A stretch of DNA of 64,000 nucleotides from Cyanophora paradoxa CCMP329. Its lineage: Eukaryota; Plantae; Glaucophyta. The position numbers and the translations under genes were made by a program. Within the stretch, counting starts at the first letter, position 1. The number at the start of each line of letters is the position of its first letter. This document shows, in pieces, positions 24,626 to 42,184 of this stretch. The stretch covers positions 1 to 64,000 of the forward strand of contig QPMI01000137.1 in the NCBI GenBank assembly GCA_004431415.1, given 5' to 3'. The notes under the pieces were generated by a model, which was not told the DNA's origin, did no database searches, and saw only the letters and a list, made by a program, of their open reading frames with translations.

Positions 24626-24805
24626 AAGACGTCCGACCCCTCAGGGCCTCATCGTAATCGCGATTACGATCAGGGGGCTATCCCCAGTAAAGCTCCGCGC
24701 GTGGCGACGTCACCGCTGTCAGAAAAGCCCAGCCGAACGCGGAACGGCGGCTCGAAACCGACGGCAACGCCTGACCGCGGTCGCTATGGAGCGGGACCCG
24801 GGAGA

Positions 24806-24942
24806 TGATCGTAGTCGTAATTCTTGTCTAGCTGATCGTAATCGTAATTCTTGTCTAGCTGATACTTGGAGCTCAGCGGCTGATCGTAATCGTAATTCTT
24901 GTCTAGCTGATACTTGGAGCTGATCGTAATCGTAATTCTTGT
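24806..24942. repeat. Short tandem repeat, 4 units with core TGATCGTARTCGTAATTCTTGTC
   Basis: Directly visible; units of roughly 27-48 bp. Confidence 0.9.
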
Positions 24943-25218
24943 CGGCGCATACGCCACATGTACACACACCACCATTCTATAATTTCTGGCAGCTGCAGCA
25001 GATTCCTTGGCCTGCTCCCAGTCTGCTGAGCTAGCTAAATCTCTTGCATTATAATCATAATAACAAACTTGCGGCGTCGTTGCCACAGTGCGTGTGTCGC
25101 GAGCGAAGTGAGCTGCCAGGCTGTACATGTGTGATTCTCGAGAAGGCAAGCCCGGCAGGAAAACATAGAAAAACACTCGTATACGTATACGGAAGGCCTT
25201 GCGCCCCCAAATCACGTG

Positions 25219-28200
25219 CTATTCTTTGACGTCGTCCTCGTCAATTTCCTCGCTGCCGTCTTGGCTGGAGAAAATGACAACCCGGACCGGATCAAAAGGT
25301 ATGTTGGCCCCGTGGAACACGATGGACCACACATATGGAGTGAAGAACTCCTGTGGATGTGCCTCCTCTTCATAGCAAAACCGGAGCTCAGGAAACTGCG
25401 AGGCACGAGCATCAGCACAGCACGTATCATGGCGTGGAGGGTTGTTTGGCACCATGCGAAGGCGATCACTCTTCCAAGACCGGCCTGCTTGTTCGATGAC
25501 ATGCATGACCTCCGACACCGACCAGGGGGTCTGAAGATTGGCCTCCTCCAGGCGCTGATTGATGAAACCCAAGACAGCCTCCACATTTTCGATCAAGTCG
25601 TAGAGTCGTGGGTGAGCACGGAAGGACTCGAACTCCTTTGCCCGTTGAAGCATAGCATACACGAAATGAGGGTTCCGCGGGAGTGCAAACGTCAGGGTCT
25701 GTGGAGAGGGTGAGGCGAGCATGAACACAGGCACACACAGCAAAAAGCATACTGCATTGATTGTCTCGAGCACTATGCGAAGGAAGTCCAGAAACACCAT
25801 CTGGAAGCCCCCAGAGTATTATTTGTTATTTGAGTGGGGGCCCGGGATGCAGGCACAGCAAGACAGCTACCTGCTCACTGTTCAACTCATCTACGTCCAT
25901 CGTTTCACTGCTTGTATCTTGGACAGACTGCGAGGCTGCGCTTGGGTGCTGTTGACCAAGGGTTGCGATCCTGGTGCTGAGCTTCTGGTACTGTAAAGGC
26001 AAGTCAGTGCGGCATCACTGCAATACCCGCAATGGCATCCACCTTGCTTGCGAGCATACTGAAAAGCACCAAAATCCGCTGTGCTGCATACGAGTGAAGG
26101 TTGTTGAAATGCGGGGACATGTTGGCGAGTGTGGCCAAGCAGTTCGTGTGAAGGTAGGTGTCTTTCAGCTTTGTGAGGTTGTACTGGATTGTCCGCACAA
26201 GAATGATGACGCAAAGACTGCCCAACTGCGCCCAGTATCAGCCGATTGCACGATTGCCGCTTGCGAGATGTCATGCTTTACCGAAACTTGTGTCAAGATC
26301 CTGCGCAAAATCATCTCAGGCCTTGAGAAAGCGTCACAACCGCAAGATGAGCCTGCCTGTCTTTGAACCAGGGAACAGCGGCTATTTCTACGAGATGCAC
26401 AGAGCTGCTAAATGATGCATCTTGCGAGAGAATAAGGAGGACGATCAGGAGCATATAGATCTGGTTGGCTTTCCGGTTGGCTGCTCCATGCAGCATCTTC
26501 AAGATCGGAATGATCTGCGCATGTGCATCGTTACACTCGTAAGAGCATTCAATTTACTTCTGTGCACGAACAAGCGTGTCCAGGTCTGTGCGTGCCAGAC
26601 AGAATGCTAGAAACAACGGGTTTGAATGGATGAAGCAATCTGCTCCGGCGTTTGTGCATAAGCCGAAGTTCACGGGAGAAACAAGCACTCACACGTCAGC
26701 AGCGTGACTTTCTCATCATGCAAGTACCTGTGGCAGTTCAATTATTTCATCCCACAAAAATGCAGCACCAGGATCAATCGCACATCCCAATGCTCTCGTA
26801 AAGCGCTGAGAATGATATCCTTGAGCCAGAGGCTGCTGTGCCCTCCTCTACGTCTTCTGGCACTGAACGGGAAAAGATTCAATCGAAGCGCCAGAACGAA
26901 ATCGGTACAACATGCACCATAAGAATCTTGCAATGCTTTGATGGCATGTATAAATGGATTGTTGTCTCCAACGTCATCTGGCCTGTAGTGCACTGCAACG
27001 AGCAGCAGATGCAGGCTTCGCTCTGCAAGGGAATGCAATTCCGACTCTTTCTTTGGAGGAAAGAAGTAGTGATATGCAAAGTAGGGCAGTAGCAGCAGTG
27101 TCGCTGCTCGGAGTTTTGTAAAACTAGGCATCCGGAATGCATCATTTCAACGTACTTGCAGCGCTCGTAACTGTGCGGGTGATACCTTGTGGAAGGGGCG
27201 GCTCCTTGCGGTTCTCGATAAAGTTGAGCAAAAGTGACCGGACCAGTGCCCCATGTAGATCACCACGAGGGTGGCCTGCGAGTGCTGCAAACTCTGCTGG
27301 TTCAAAAGAAGGCCCACCCCTGCAGAGGATATCAAGGAAAAGATTCTGGTCTTCTGTCAGATGTGTGTGTGGCTGGAGGGCCGGTCATCAAACCGGAGTC
27401 GTAGAAGAGATCGGATGAAAGAGTTGCGAGGAGGCAAGCACAAGGAGAAGGTTGAGGACTTCAATATGCAAAACATAGGTGACGTCCGTGATCTCGGCCG
27501 ATCCCAGAAAAGCCATGAGGGCCTGATTTTGAAGTTATGTGAGTAGGCACAGAACGTAGTTGGAACAGGATAACCCACCTCTACGAGCTCGAACGCAAAT
27601 GGCTGCTTCTCGCTGCTGCCCGACAGGGACGTGATTGGCAAGCGCAGTCCAAAATGCGCAGCTCCATCTGGATGATCCAGTGTTTCGATGATGTGTTGCG
27701 AAAATGTCCTGAGAAATCCGAATTCGATGTCGGCAGAAACAACGTGATTGAAAGCCGAAAATCGAACCGGAACAGCCACACTGTGTTGATCGCTTTCTGG
27801 TAACGAGGCATATCGTGAGAGATTGTGGAAGGCAATGGAGACGTGTCGATGGCACCTGGATCGATTCGGGGGGGCTCGTGGCCTGTGTGGACCGAAGCTG
27901 GTTGATAAGCACTTGGCCGAGCACCTCAAGGTTTTTGGAGCTGACATTGTTTGAAACTGGAAGCAGGGTGAGCCCGTCTTGGCTGGGAGCCCAGCACACA
28001 ACCCGAGCGCACCAAGGCGCTCGCAGAGCACACGAAGGGCTGAGCGCAGCTCCCAGGGGCTGGTCTGGGAGCTGAAAGACACCTTGAAGCTGCCGCACGG
28101 TGCATGTGGGGAACCAGCGGCGCGGAGCTAGCTGCTAGCGTACGCACTTCACAACCTGGTCCCAGAATGGGTCGTTCAGCTGCGCGGAAGCAGCATCAGC

Positions 28201-28422
28201 TATGCGACCGGCCGGGCGGGCGGGCGCGCCGACGGAGCCGCCGCGCACGCGCGCCGCTGAGCTACACGCCTGGTCGCGCACAGAACACGCACCGGCCGAT
28301 GCTTCGCCGACACGAACTCTCGAAGGACGTCCGAGTCCTGAATGGCGTCTGCGGGCCGCGTCAACTCGCTCAAAGCGTCCGCGGGCGCGTCTCGAGTGAC
28401 CTGACGAAGACCCCGCCCCCAT
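25219..28422 (-). CDS. HID1: HID1 / dymeclin-family protein, multi-exon
   Basis: N-terminal MG myristoylation-type start, [59 protein letters not shown], and the family C-terminal signature [23 protein letters not shown]. Confidence 0.88.
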
Positions 28423-28577
28423 AGTTCCGGGCGCAGTCCTGCAGTTCCAACGTTCGTGTACCGGGCGCGGGACGGCCGAAGCTTCAAGTTGGTTAAACGG
28501 GTACGCAGCTTCCCGACCCGCCGCGCGGCTCGGCCGCACCGTGCAGCGTGCGGCGCCAGCAGCAGATCTGGTGCTGT

Positions 28578-32993
<4,416 letters not shown>

Positions 32994-33006
32994 AGACATG
33001 AAGGCA

Positions 33007-33158
33007 TGCAGGAACTCCCACCGCCCGCCGACGATGCGATGCTCCACGAGCCTCGGCTGGCAACGGCGAGGGCTGCACCTTCGTATGTGTAGCCCACACA
33101 GGCGTAGTTCACAGATGCAGCTAGCTAGAAGCTAGCTTGCGTGTCTATGCTGAACGCA
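33007..33158 (+). repeat. Dispersed repeat family A, copy 3 (internally deleted)
   Basis: Same 5' (GCAGGAACTCCCACCGCCC) and 3' (GCTGAACGCA) boundaries as copies 1 and 2; fills the gap between the convergent NVL and DnaJ stops. Confidence 0.85.
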
Positions 33159-33179
33159 TGTAGACAGAGACATCGAATT

Positions 33180-34849
33180 TCATACAGACACAGCGAAGCG
33201 CTCCTTGAGCTCATCGCATGCCGGGGTCGGGTATGTCCACGCCTTCTGCACCATGGAGTCGCGCTCCTGTCCTCTGTACGACATCTTTTCGCGCACCCTG
33301 AAGGCGTCAGCCCTCGCAAGGGCTTGGCGCGTGTCGCTCGCACCTGCGCCTCTTGCACCATGCGCCGTTGGTAGTGGCGCTCCCCTATGCACTCGTTACG
33401 CTTCGCCTTGATGTACGCGTCTGCCGGGCGGCTCGAAGAAGCTCGAACGAGACCCATGCGAGAGGGGCAGGGGACCTTCAACAAGATCCTCTATTCTCTG
33501 CAGCATTCCCGCGTCCCGCCCCCACTCTCGCATGAAATCCTGTGAGCGCAAGTACATCGCGCGTGTGAGAGGAGCCGCGAGGCACCGCATTGACGCCCCC
33601 TTTCTCTCGGCTTCGGGGCACACCGGCTTCACGAAGTAGATGATACCGTTCTGTTCGGGATCGAACGTGAGGCGCGCGACTCTGCAGAGACGCGAACAGC
33701 TCACCGATGTCGTGCGCTCGTTTGAGTAGACGTCCGATTTAGAAAGCGAGACGGGACTATCGGGGTTCGCGGGCTGGGAGAGGAAAGAGAACAGGACTAG
33801 GAACAGGAGAGGGAGGAGCTGCAGGAGGGGGAGCCACTGGTTCTGCTGGTTGCCGACGCCGTGCGCAGAGTGACCCTCCGAGCCGTCGCTATGATGCCTG
33901 TAACGCGGGCCTTGGTGCCGCGTGTAGAATCGCACGCCTATAATACGCCCGCAGGACGATCAGCGAGAAGGTAGCCATGCGCCTCGCGCGCGGGCTGCAC
34001 CTTGCGGGCCCACTGCGCGCGATGGCGCGGGGCATCGTCAGGCGGGGCGGACAAAGACGAGGAAGGGGGACGGTCCCAGAGGGGCGGGGCCAATGGGGAT
34101 CAGGGCCACGGCTGCGCACTTCCGAAGAACATGTTGAAGAGGTCTTCTGGCGAAATGACGTCCTCCTGGTACGCTGCTGCGGTGCGCCATCAGTCGCAGC
34201 ATGTGCACACTGTGAGCTGCACACCGTGGGATCTCCGGAACACAGGCCGCTGGGGCTCGTCGAAACCAAACTGCACAAGCGCCCTTAGGCGTTAGCGCGG
34301 GCCCCACTTCGCGCCTGTGCGTCGAACCTGGTCATAATGCGCGCGTTTGTTGGGGTCGCTCAGCGTCGTAAACGCGTTCGAGATCTCCTTGAAGCGCTTC
34401 TCGGCTGGAAAACAGTTAGGCGGGTCGCACGACGCGCGGTGCGGTGCATCTGGCGGACCCTCTTCTTTGTTGTTCGGATTCTTGTCCGGGTGCCAGCGCA
34501 GCGCCTCTCGCCGATACCTGCGAGTGCGTGTGAAAGGTGCGTGCTAGCACAGGCGCGCGGGAGGCATCGGACGCAACGCTTTCTTCAGCTCCTCCTCCGA
34601 GGCCCCGCGCTGCACACCCAGCACCTCGTAGAGGTCGCGGGGCATCGCTCCGAGCGCGACGAACTCAGACCGCGGCTACTTCACCTACGACCTGTAGCTA
34701 GAGCCCGCTTCTCGGAACTTGAGCTCGAGGCTGGTCCCGTCGACGTCGCCGGCGCCACGCGCACGAACGCTAGCTATGTGAGCTCCGGTACCCCTAGACG
34801 TCCCCCTGCGATCCCTGTCCCCCTGCACGGATACGCTCGCCATGGCCAT
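33180..34849 (-). CDS. DnaJ protein, DNAJB12/14-like (J domain, TM segment, DUF1977-type C-terminus), multi-exon
   Basis: [60 protein letters not shown]; [12 protein letters not shown]; [16 protein letters not shown]; C-terminal ..TPACDEL. Confidence 0.88.
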
Positions 34850-35014
34850 ATATATATAGCGTGGGTGTCTCTGATTGCGATACGATTAGGCCCTGAGGGG
34901 ATGGGCGTCTCTCTGATTTCGATTACGATTAGGCCCTGAGTGGCTGATATAGGGGGGAGCATGATCACGTATGTGCGCAGCGGGCTTTGTACACGCGAAG
35001 GACAGCGGGCTTTC

Positions 35015-37204
35015 CTACTTTCCGTAAGATCCATGCATGGGGGGGCGTGCCTCGTTGATGAGATCTATCTTCTGCGCCTGCTGGAAGGTGACCATTGCTG
35101 TGCGGAAATGTCAGCTGCCCGCTGCTTGCAGCGTAAAGAGCGGACGGACCCTCCCGGATCGCTTGCGGGCCCGCCTGCAACAGGCCCATTGGCAGCTTGT
35201 TTCCCGTGAGAAGCCCCTTCAGTGCGAGAACGGTTTCTGCTTCCTCCCTGCGAGAACATGAGCTCAGACCAAAGAAGGCGGCATGTAGACGCACCGGAGA
35301 GTCTTGTACATCTTGACCCACTTGGTAACGGCCTTGACCTTGGCCTTGATTCGCTCCCGACGCTGCTCCGGTGTCTCGTTTGCGAACTGGAGTGCGGTGA
35401 GAGAGAGCAGGATACCATGCCCGGCCCCCGGACCTCATCCATGCCGTCGTCTTCGGGGGCCTCCCCGTCCTCCTCCTCGTCCTCCTCCTCCGAGACCATG
35501 CTCATGATCGTGAGCAGCATCTCCGTGACTGGGGCGAATTTAGCTGGTCGTGCATCACACGAGCACCGAAAGAAGCATACCCTTCTCGGCCACGAACGGA
35601 AGGGACCAGGAAAAGACGTCCATGAAGTTGGGAAGGGAATAGGGGTGCGGGGATGAGTTGAACTGCCGAATGTTGAACAGGTTGTCGGCGAACTTGAGCA
35701 CTGCCGCCTTGTTCCGATAAACGTCGCAGTAGTTTGGTGCCGAAAAGAGCGTGATGACTGTCGGGAACTCTGTCGCTTCGCGCTTCCGATATAGCTTGTA
35801 CCCCTCGTCCTGCGCCTCGTGCGCACGGAGAATCGACAACAAGCCGTTGTCCTCCAGGAAATTGCACGCTGCAGTATATCTGCCGGCATATCAGCTATCT
35901 GAAAACCGGATTATCGCGCAGCCCGCACCCAAAGTAGTACGAGCAGCCGCGGACATGGTTGTGAACGAAGTCCACACCATACGAGTCCTGTGTCTCGTCC
36001 AGCGGGTCCGCCCAGAGCAGGTCACTGTAGCGCGAACAGCTTTCATTTTCTAAACTCAACGGCTCACGCAAGCACATGCACCACATAGGCCCACTCGGTG
36101 GTGGCTCACGGAAGCGGTAGATCTTTGTAATGTCCTCGACCTGTGTAGCAAAGTTCCTAGAGTACATCCGAGAGAAAAGAAAACAAGAAACAGCGAACGG
36201 TCTTAATGTCGGGGGAGAGACCTCCGTGGACGCAGAAAAACTTTCCATCGAGGTTGGCCGCCAGGGGCAGGCAGTCAAACGATTCCATGAACTCATCGTA
36301 CACTTTCAGATCGTATTTGTGCTTGCCTGTTCATCTCTGATCAGAGGCAACAACGGGAGACTCCGTTCGAACGGAGGATATTGATCAGGGCCCACATTCG
36401 ATCTTGAAGTTGAAATAGTCTGTGAGGTGCCGGCACTCGTGGTTGCCGCGGAGCATCCAGATTTGCTTCGGGTAGTTGATCTTCAGGGCATACAGGTACA
36501 AGCACACCTCCGAAGAAAACGAGCCACGGTCCACGTAATCGCCGAGGAACCTGCGAGTACGCCTCGGCGAGACGGAAGTGCGAGGCGTCGAGCGAATGCG
36601 CACAGATAGTTTGTCTCCGGAATGGCGCCACCGACCTCAAAAAGCTTAACAAGATCGAAGAACTGGCCGTGCACGTCGCCGCAGACTGCCGAAAGAGGAT
36701 CAGAAGGAAGTGCGGGCCGGCAGCCAGGCCGAAGGAAGCGCACCGGTGATTGGAGATTCAACGATGAGCAGGTTTGGCTCCGCACGCAGGAGCTCGGTTG
36801 CCATCTGCACGATCTTGATCGCTGCGGCAGGCTTACGTGGGTGCACGTATGCGGCGCAAGCTCGGCTACCATAGCCAGAAGAAAGAAGCGAGGCAGCACA
36901 CGAACGCACCATCCTCGCAAGTGAGCCTGCCCTCCTTCAGGAAATGCGCTTTCAAGTTCTCGGGGCTCGGTTTCCCGTCGGACTTCCACACCAGCTCCTT
37001 CGCCAGCGGATCCCGGGGCGGTGCCTGCCCTCGATAACATGAGCCACACTGCAGGTCGCGACCCAGCCTAGGCGTGGCGTTCTTCCGGCGGGTGCGGCCG
37101 GGACTTCGGTAACGCCCCGCGGAAACCCAAGCCAGCTCGCAGCGCACCTCGACCCCATGACGGTCGTTGGTCACGACGGTCGCCGCCGCCGAGGATGCCG
37201 CCAT
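35015..37204 (-). CDS. Calcineurin A (PP2B catalytic subunit), multi-exon
   Basis: [114 protein letters not shown] (CnB-binding), [20 protein letters not shown] (CaM-binding), [17 protein letters not shown] (autoinhibitory). Confidence 0.95.
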
Positions 37205-38598
37205 CGAAACCTCGTCAAAAACTGTCGGCGCTGTACCCGTCCCACTGGTGCGCCGCGCGCGGCCGTGCGCCGCGCACGGCCGTGCGCCGGGTGCGGCTGG
37301 TGCGGCTGAGAGTCGCGCCTCGGCGCTGATATCGATATGGCAGCTAGCCGACCCCGGTAGTTGCAAGCTGACCCCTTGATTCACCTTATCCACTCGTGCG
37401 GCGTAGACTAGAAACGCGTACGTCTGCGCGTAATGCGTACGTCTACGCGTACTTTCCGTTGTACGCGTGGCGTCGGCGGCCGAGCCTCGGAGCCCGAGCT
37501 TCGCTGAGCGGCCGGCGCCGAGCCCTCGGAGCCCCAGCGGTCCGACGATCCACAATTGCCACCGTGGCACGGTGCGCATGCACGTGTACGTACGTATACG
37601 TGCAGTCGGCGTCATGATCATTATCAGCTCGAGCGCTAGCTAGCGCTCGAGCCGGCCGGACTGGCCGGCCGGGCCCGCGGCCGGGGCCCTGCTTGGCCGG
37701 CGCCCCCTAAGGAGAGTAATTATAATGCGCCCCACCGCGGACACTCAGTGACTCTGGCTAGCTAGATCTAGCCTAGTAGAGCTACGTATACGTGTATCCG
37801 CACGGCGCCGGCGTGGTGCTGCATCGCGTCTTGAAGCGGCGAGGTTTGAAGTCGGGGTGGTGGCCATGGCATGCGCAGGAGCCCCTACGTACGGGCCCTG
37901 GGGCCCGACATGGAGTCAGCCTGCGGTGGCGCCGGGAGGCGCGAAAAGGGGTCAGCCGCTGAGCCTGGCAGATCGAAATGGAAAGGTCTTGAGATCCAAA
38001 TCACTGAGTCAAGGCACACGGAGTCCGATCCTCGAGACGGGAATCGAAAGCCCGGCCGACGGAAGACATGATCCCAACCGTCACGGGGCGATGTTGAATG
38101 TCTCCGGCAGCGGGGCGCATGATCCCAACCGTCACGGGCGATCTCTGAGCTATCCGCCCGCAGATGTCCTCCGTCGCGCGCGCCCGCAGTCCGCAGGGCA
38201 GGGCGTCCAATTTTCAAGTCCAAGCGCACGGCGTCGGCGGCGGGATCAGCGCCGGACCCGTGCCCGCGGCGAGGCCTTTTCTTCTTCGTCTTCCGACCCC
38301 TGCGCGCCGGCGCAGGGGATCGGAGGGCGAGGGCGGTGAGGAAGCGCAAGGCCCGCCCGCGCGCGGCGGCGGCGGCTGACCTCCCCATCGCCACCGCGGA
38401 ACTCCTTCTCGAATGACGAACTGCGAGCCGCGCGCGGCGGACGCTCGCCCGGCCCACAAGAACCGGTTCTGCCCCAGGCACGCGGCACGCGGCTGCACGC
38501 GCACGTGGCGGGCTCTCTGGTGGGCTCTCTGGAAGAACCAGTTATCCTCCCCGGCGTGCGCACGTGCCCATCGGCAGAATGGAGGCTGGACGAATTCG

Positions 38599-38762
38599 AA
38601 AGTTGGACGAAAGTTGGACGAAAGTTGGACGAAAGTTGGACGAAAGTTGGACGAAAGTTGGACGAAAGTTGGACGAAAGTTGGACGAAAGTTGGACGAAA
38701 GTTGGACGAAAGTTGGACGAAAGTTGGACGAAAGTTGGACGAAAGTTGGACGAAAGTTGGAC
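38599..38762. repeat. 11-bp tandem repeat (AAAGTTGGACG), about 15 copies
   Basis: Perfect tandem units; the same unit occurs inverted 2-3 times at ~19948-19980. Confidence 0.97.
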
Positions 38763-38858
38763 CGTTTTTTTTTCATGTTGTTTTCATTTGGCTTCGATTT
38801 ACTCACAGGTTCAACATGAGAAACCACGCAATTTTATGTATACTTTTAATTATATAGG

Positions 38859-40960
38859 TTATTCAAAGGGGTCGAAGACGGGGTCAGGGTTTGCCTCTAG
38901 CAACGTGTCCTCGGGGGCAGGCTCCTCCACCCCAGCAAGGGCTTCTGCCTCGAGGGCTCCCTCGAGCGCCGCGATGCATTCCGAAACCGGGGCCCCATCC
39001 TCCATTGCCGTCGCAACTGCCTCGACTGCCCGTTCCTGCACAGCGCTAGCGTCATTCATGGCCAGCCGCCTGTCCTCGCACCCCACTGCGGCCATGGCCT
39101 CCAGCAACCACGCACCTGGGCCTTCAGCAGGGTTGCCGCTGCCCAGGCCGCCCACCGGACCTGCCATATCTGGGAACGGTAAAGGCTGAGAGGCGCAGAA
39201 CATCGCGTGAGAGGGGAGTGGGGCGGCGCACAACGTCTTGCTTCACGATGCCCGGGCGTGCGGCTCGAAGAAAGCGATTGAGTGACGCAAAGTCTGCAGC
39301 GGCTCAGCACTGGCGGCACTCAATAAGACCGCGCAGAACATCAGAAGACAAACCGTCGCGGCCCCCGTTGGCGTTTTTAAAGGCGAGGCTCTCGGAAACG
39401 ACCTGCCGCAGTGCTGCAGGGTCATATGGCGTCACCACGGCACCGAAAGGGTCCATAGACCCCCGCAAGCCAGATGATGCTGTAGCGGTCCACGAGGTCC
39501 TGAGACAGCTTTGGGCCTCTGGCTGAGCCGCGACCCGCCGGCCCAGAATGCGCGAAGCCGAGCTCCCGCCCGATTTCGGTCGGGGGCGTCAGGGGCGGCG
39601 CAAGCGTGAAACCCGCCGGCGGCTCGATCTCGACACCGCGGGCCGCCCCCGGGACGGCCGCACGCATTGCCTCCTGCACGCGTGACGCGCGGGCGGTCGT
39701 ACTCATGTCGGTTCCTTGCATGGCGACTGCAGCTGGCGCAGAGGACGCCAACGGACCTGGACGCTCGTCGTGTAGCGAAGGACGGGGCGGCCGAGCAGGT
39801 AGGCCAGCGTGAAGTGTCCCGCCTCGTGACGAGCCACGCGGCGGCGATATGCGGGCGAAAGCCGCGCGAAGGAGTCCTGCGCCCTGTCGTTGACGTCGCG
39901 CGCGCCCCATGGGGTGCAAGCTGCCGGCGGACCGCTGCCAGGGCGGATAAGGAGCCTTGCAGGGCATTCGCGTCAACAGCCCAGGCCACGAGCGCGGCAA
40001 GGGTGACTCCCGCCACCAGGTAATCGTACTGGGGGAAGCGTTCCATCACGAAAGGGCCCGCGAGTACGCCAACGGCTGTACGCAACGGGTCGGCGGGCGC
40101 TCGCTCGCGGGGGCAGGGGCGCGCTCACTCATTGTCATGACCGCTACTGCAAAGAGGTTCTCTCCATCATCCACGATCTGATGTCGGAGTTCGACGTAAA
40201 ATGCGAGCAATCGGAAACAAAAATGCCAGATACCTGGTTAAGCGTCCTCGGCTCGATCCCGAGGCGCCGCAGCTCCTAAGAGAGCTCGAGCACATCAGTC
40301 TAGCTTTCTAAAGGGCCGATGCAAGCTCTTACGTGCAGCCCGACCAGCCGTGACGTCGGCATCTAAGCGCGGCAATTAGACTCGGGATTTGTGAACCTGC
40401 GCTGTAGAGATCTCTTGATCGAAGCGCACCTTCGCTCTCCCGAAGCCGCGAATCATCCCCATCCGCACCAAATCGGCGAGGAGTTGCTGCAGCTGGGCGC
40501 TGGACGTCGACGGTCCGGCGGCGCCCGAGTCGCCACTTCGCTTTGCCGCGACGTCGGATTCTACGATCAAACCAACAAGCTTCAATGCGTCCTCGGCAGC
40601 TACCTTTTCCTGCTTTCCGGAGGCCGCGGCTTTGCTTGCCACGTACAGCGCTGACTCGATTCGTTTTGAGCGCACGTACTCCGCGAATCTGTTGCCAGCA
40701 GATGCAGAAGTTCCAGCGGGCGTCCGCCGCTCTTCGGCGCTGCAGAAGGACGTCCAGTATCGCGGCCGGTCCCGGTCCAGTCCAGACGGTGCTGCGGCGG
40801 CGCTGCGCACGTGCGGCCGGCGCCGGTCCGACGGTGCTGCGCCGGCGCGCTCCCGTAGGCCGCTGCTTTGCTTGTCACATACAGCACTCTTCAACGCCGT
40901 CACCGAAGTCCTGCTGGCCAGCTCTCCTTGGAACGCTGGGCACGCGTATGCTGCGGTCAT
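38859..40960 (-). CDS. Plastid membrane protein with peptidase M41-like HEAGH motif and no AAA domain (VIR3-like), multi-exon
   Basis: RVARHEAGHFTLAYLLGRPVLRYT at ~39840-39770; upstream TM segments; DRYSIIWLAG; C-terminal EAVATAMEDGAPVSECIAALE; transit-peptide-like N-terminus MTAAYACPAF. Confidence 0.8.
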
Positions 40961-42184
40961 TTGATGATCTTGAAAGCGGCCTGCGCTTGGTGTTGTACGT
41001 ATACGGCCCTGCGCTCTTGACCCCCGCCGCTCGACGTCTTCGATCCGGTACCCCCGCGGGTATGCGTGTACGTTACCCCCCGGCCCGCACGGGCCGATAT
41101 CGATCGCGAGCAATATTAATGTTTAAAAATAGAAGGTAGCGTAAAACATTAAATATTGACTGCTCCGATCCCTCCCTCACATGCATGCATGCAGTGCTTC
41201 ACGGGCGGAAAAACCACTGCTCGCGAAGCCCCTGCAAAGCCCGGATGGTCAACTGGAAAAAAGTCTGTCTTTCGTAGGACTTAGAAATGCAGCAAAGTAG
41301 ACGTCATAGGAAAGTAGAAATGCAGTTGTAATTAGTCTATAGCTAACTAGATGTTTAGGCACAGCACACGAGAGTCCTCATATTCTCTTCCTGGATATAG
41401 TTTTCAGTGAGGGTATGGTCGACGTTACGACTTCATTGTTGTACGGTTGTGCTAATGCAAATCAATTGCAACATCATCCGGCAGCAGCGCCTCTCGCCGA
41501 CAGCAGCGCCCTGCGGTGCTCGCCGACGCGCTCCTGGCCCCCGGTAGCATGGTGGCAGCACTATACGGCTTTGCGCTAGCTCCCGGCGCGCGACCCATCT
41601 CGTGTGCACCGTCTTGCGACTTCCGCACAGCCAGGTCGCTCGCAAGCGCAACCAACGTTCTCAGCGTGTTAGATAAGGTCGGGATCGCACCTTGCCGCGT
41701 CCCCGGGCGAGCCGTGTGAGCTTCGGACCGTCGGCAGGCGACGAGCACCTTCGGCCGCCCGCGGGGCCGGCCGGCCGGCCGCCGCGCGCCTCATATCGAT
41801 CCTACCGCTCATAGCTAGTGCAGGCATCACTAATGAGTGCGTGGTGAAGCCCTGCGCGGCCCCCCCCCGCACACTCTGCGCCCTGACCGACCCGCCGCTC
41901 GCAGGCCCTGCGCCGCCAAGGCATCTTTCGCCGTCGCGGAGGCCGCTCACCGCCCGCCTGCACCGCGTAGGCCCGGGAACGCCCCGCTTTCGTGTCCCGC
42001 CGCGCCTCAGGCAGATGCGCGCGCGTGTGCAATCAAGCACGTCATGCGGTTCCAGATGGCATGGCTGCGACGGCGGGGCGGTTCGGGCTGCGATGTCTAG
42101 GGCCATGAGGCACATCTAGAGCACGCGCAGAGCCCGCGTACGGGCGGCGGCGCGCGCCCCCGCCGCCAGCGGCACCTGCTCCAG

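Noticed and set aside
38413-39189. ORFs with KVGRKLDESWT repeats
   Set aside because: Produced by the 11-bp tandem repeat and by the antisense strand of the VIR3-like last exon.
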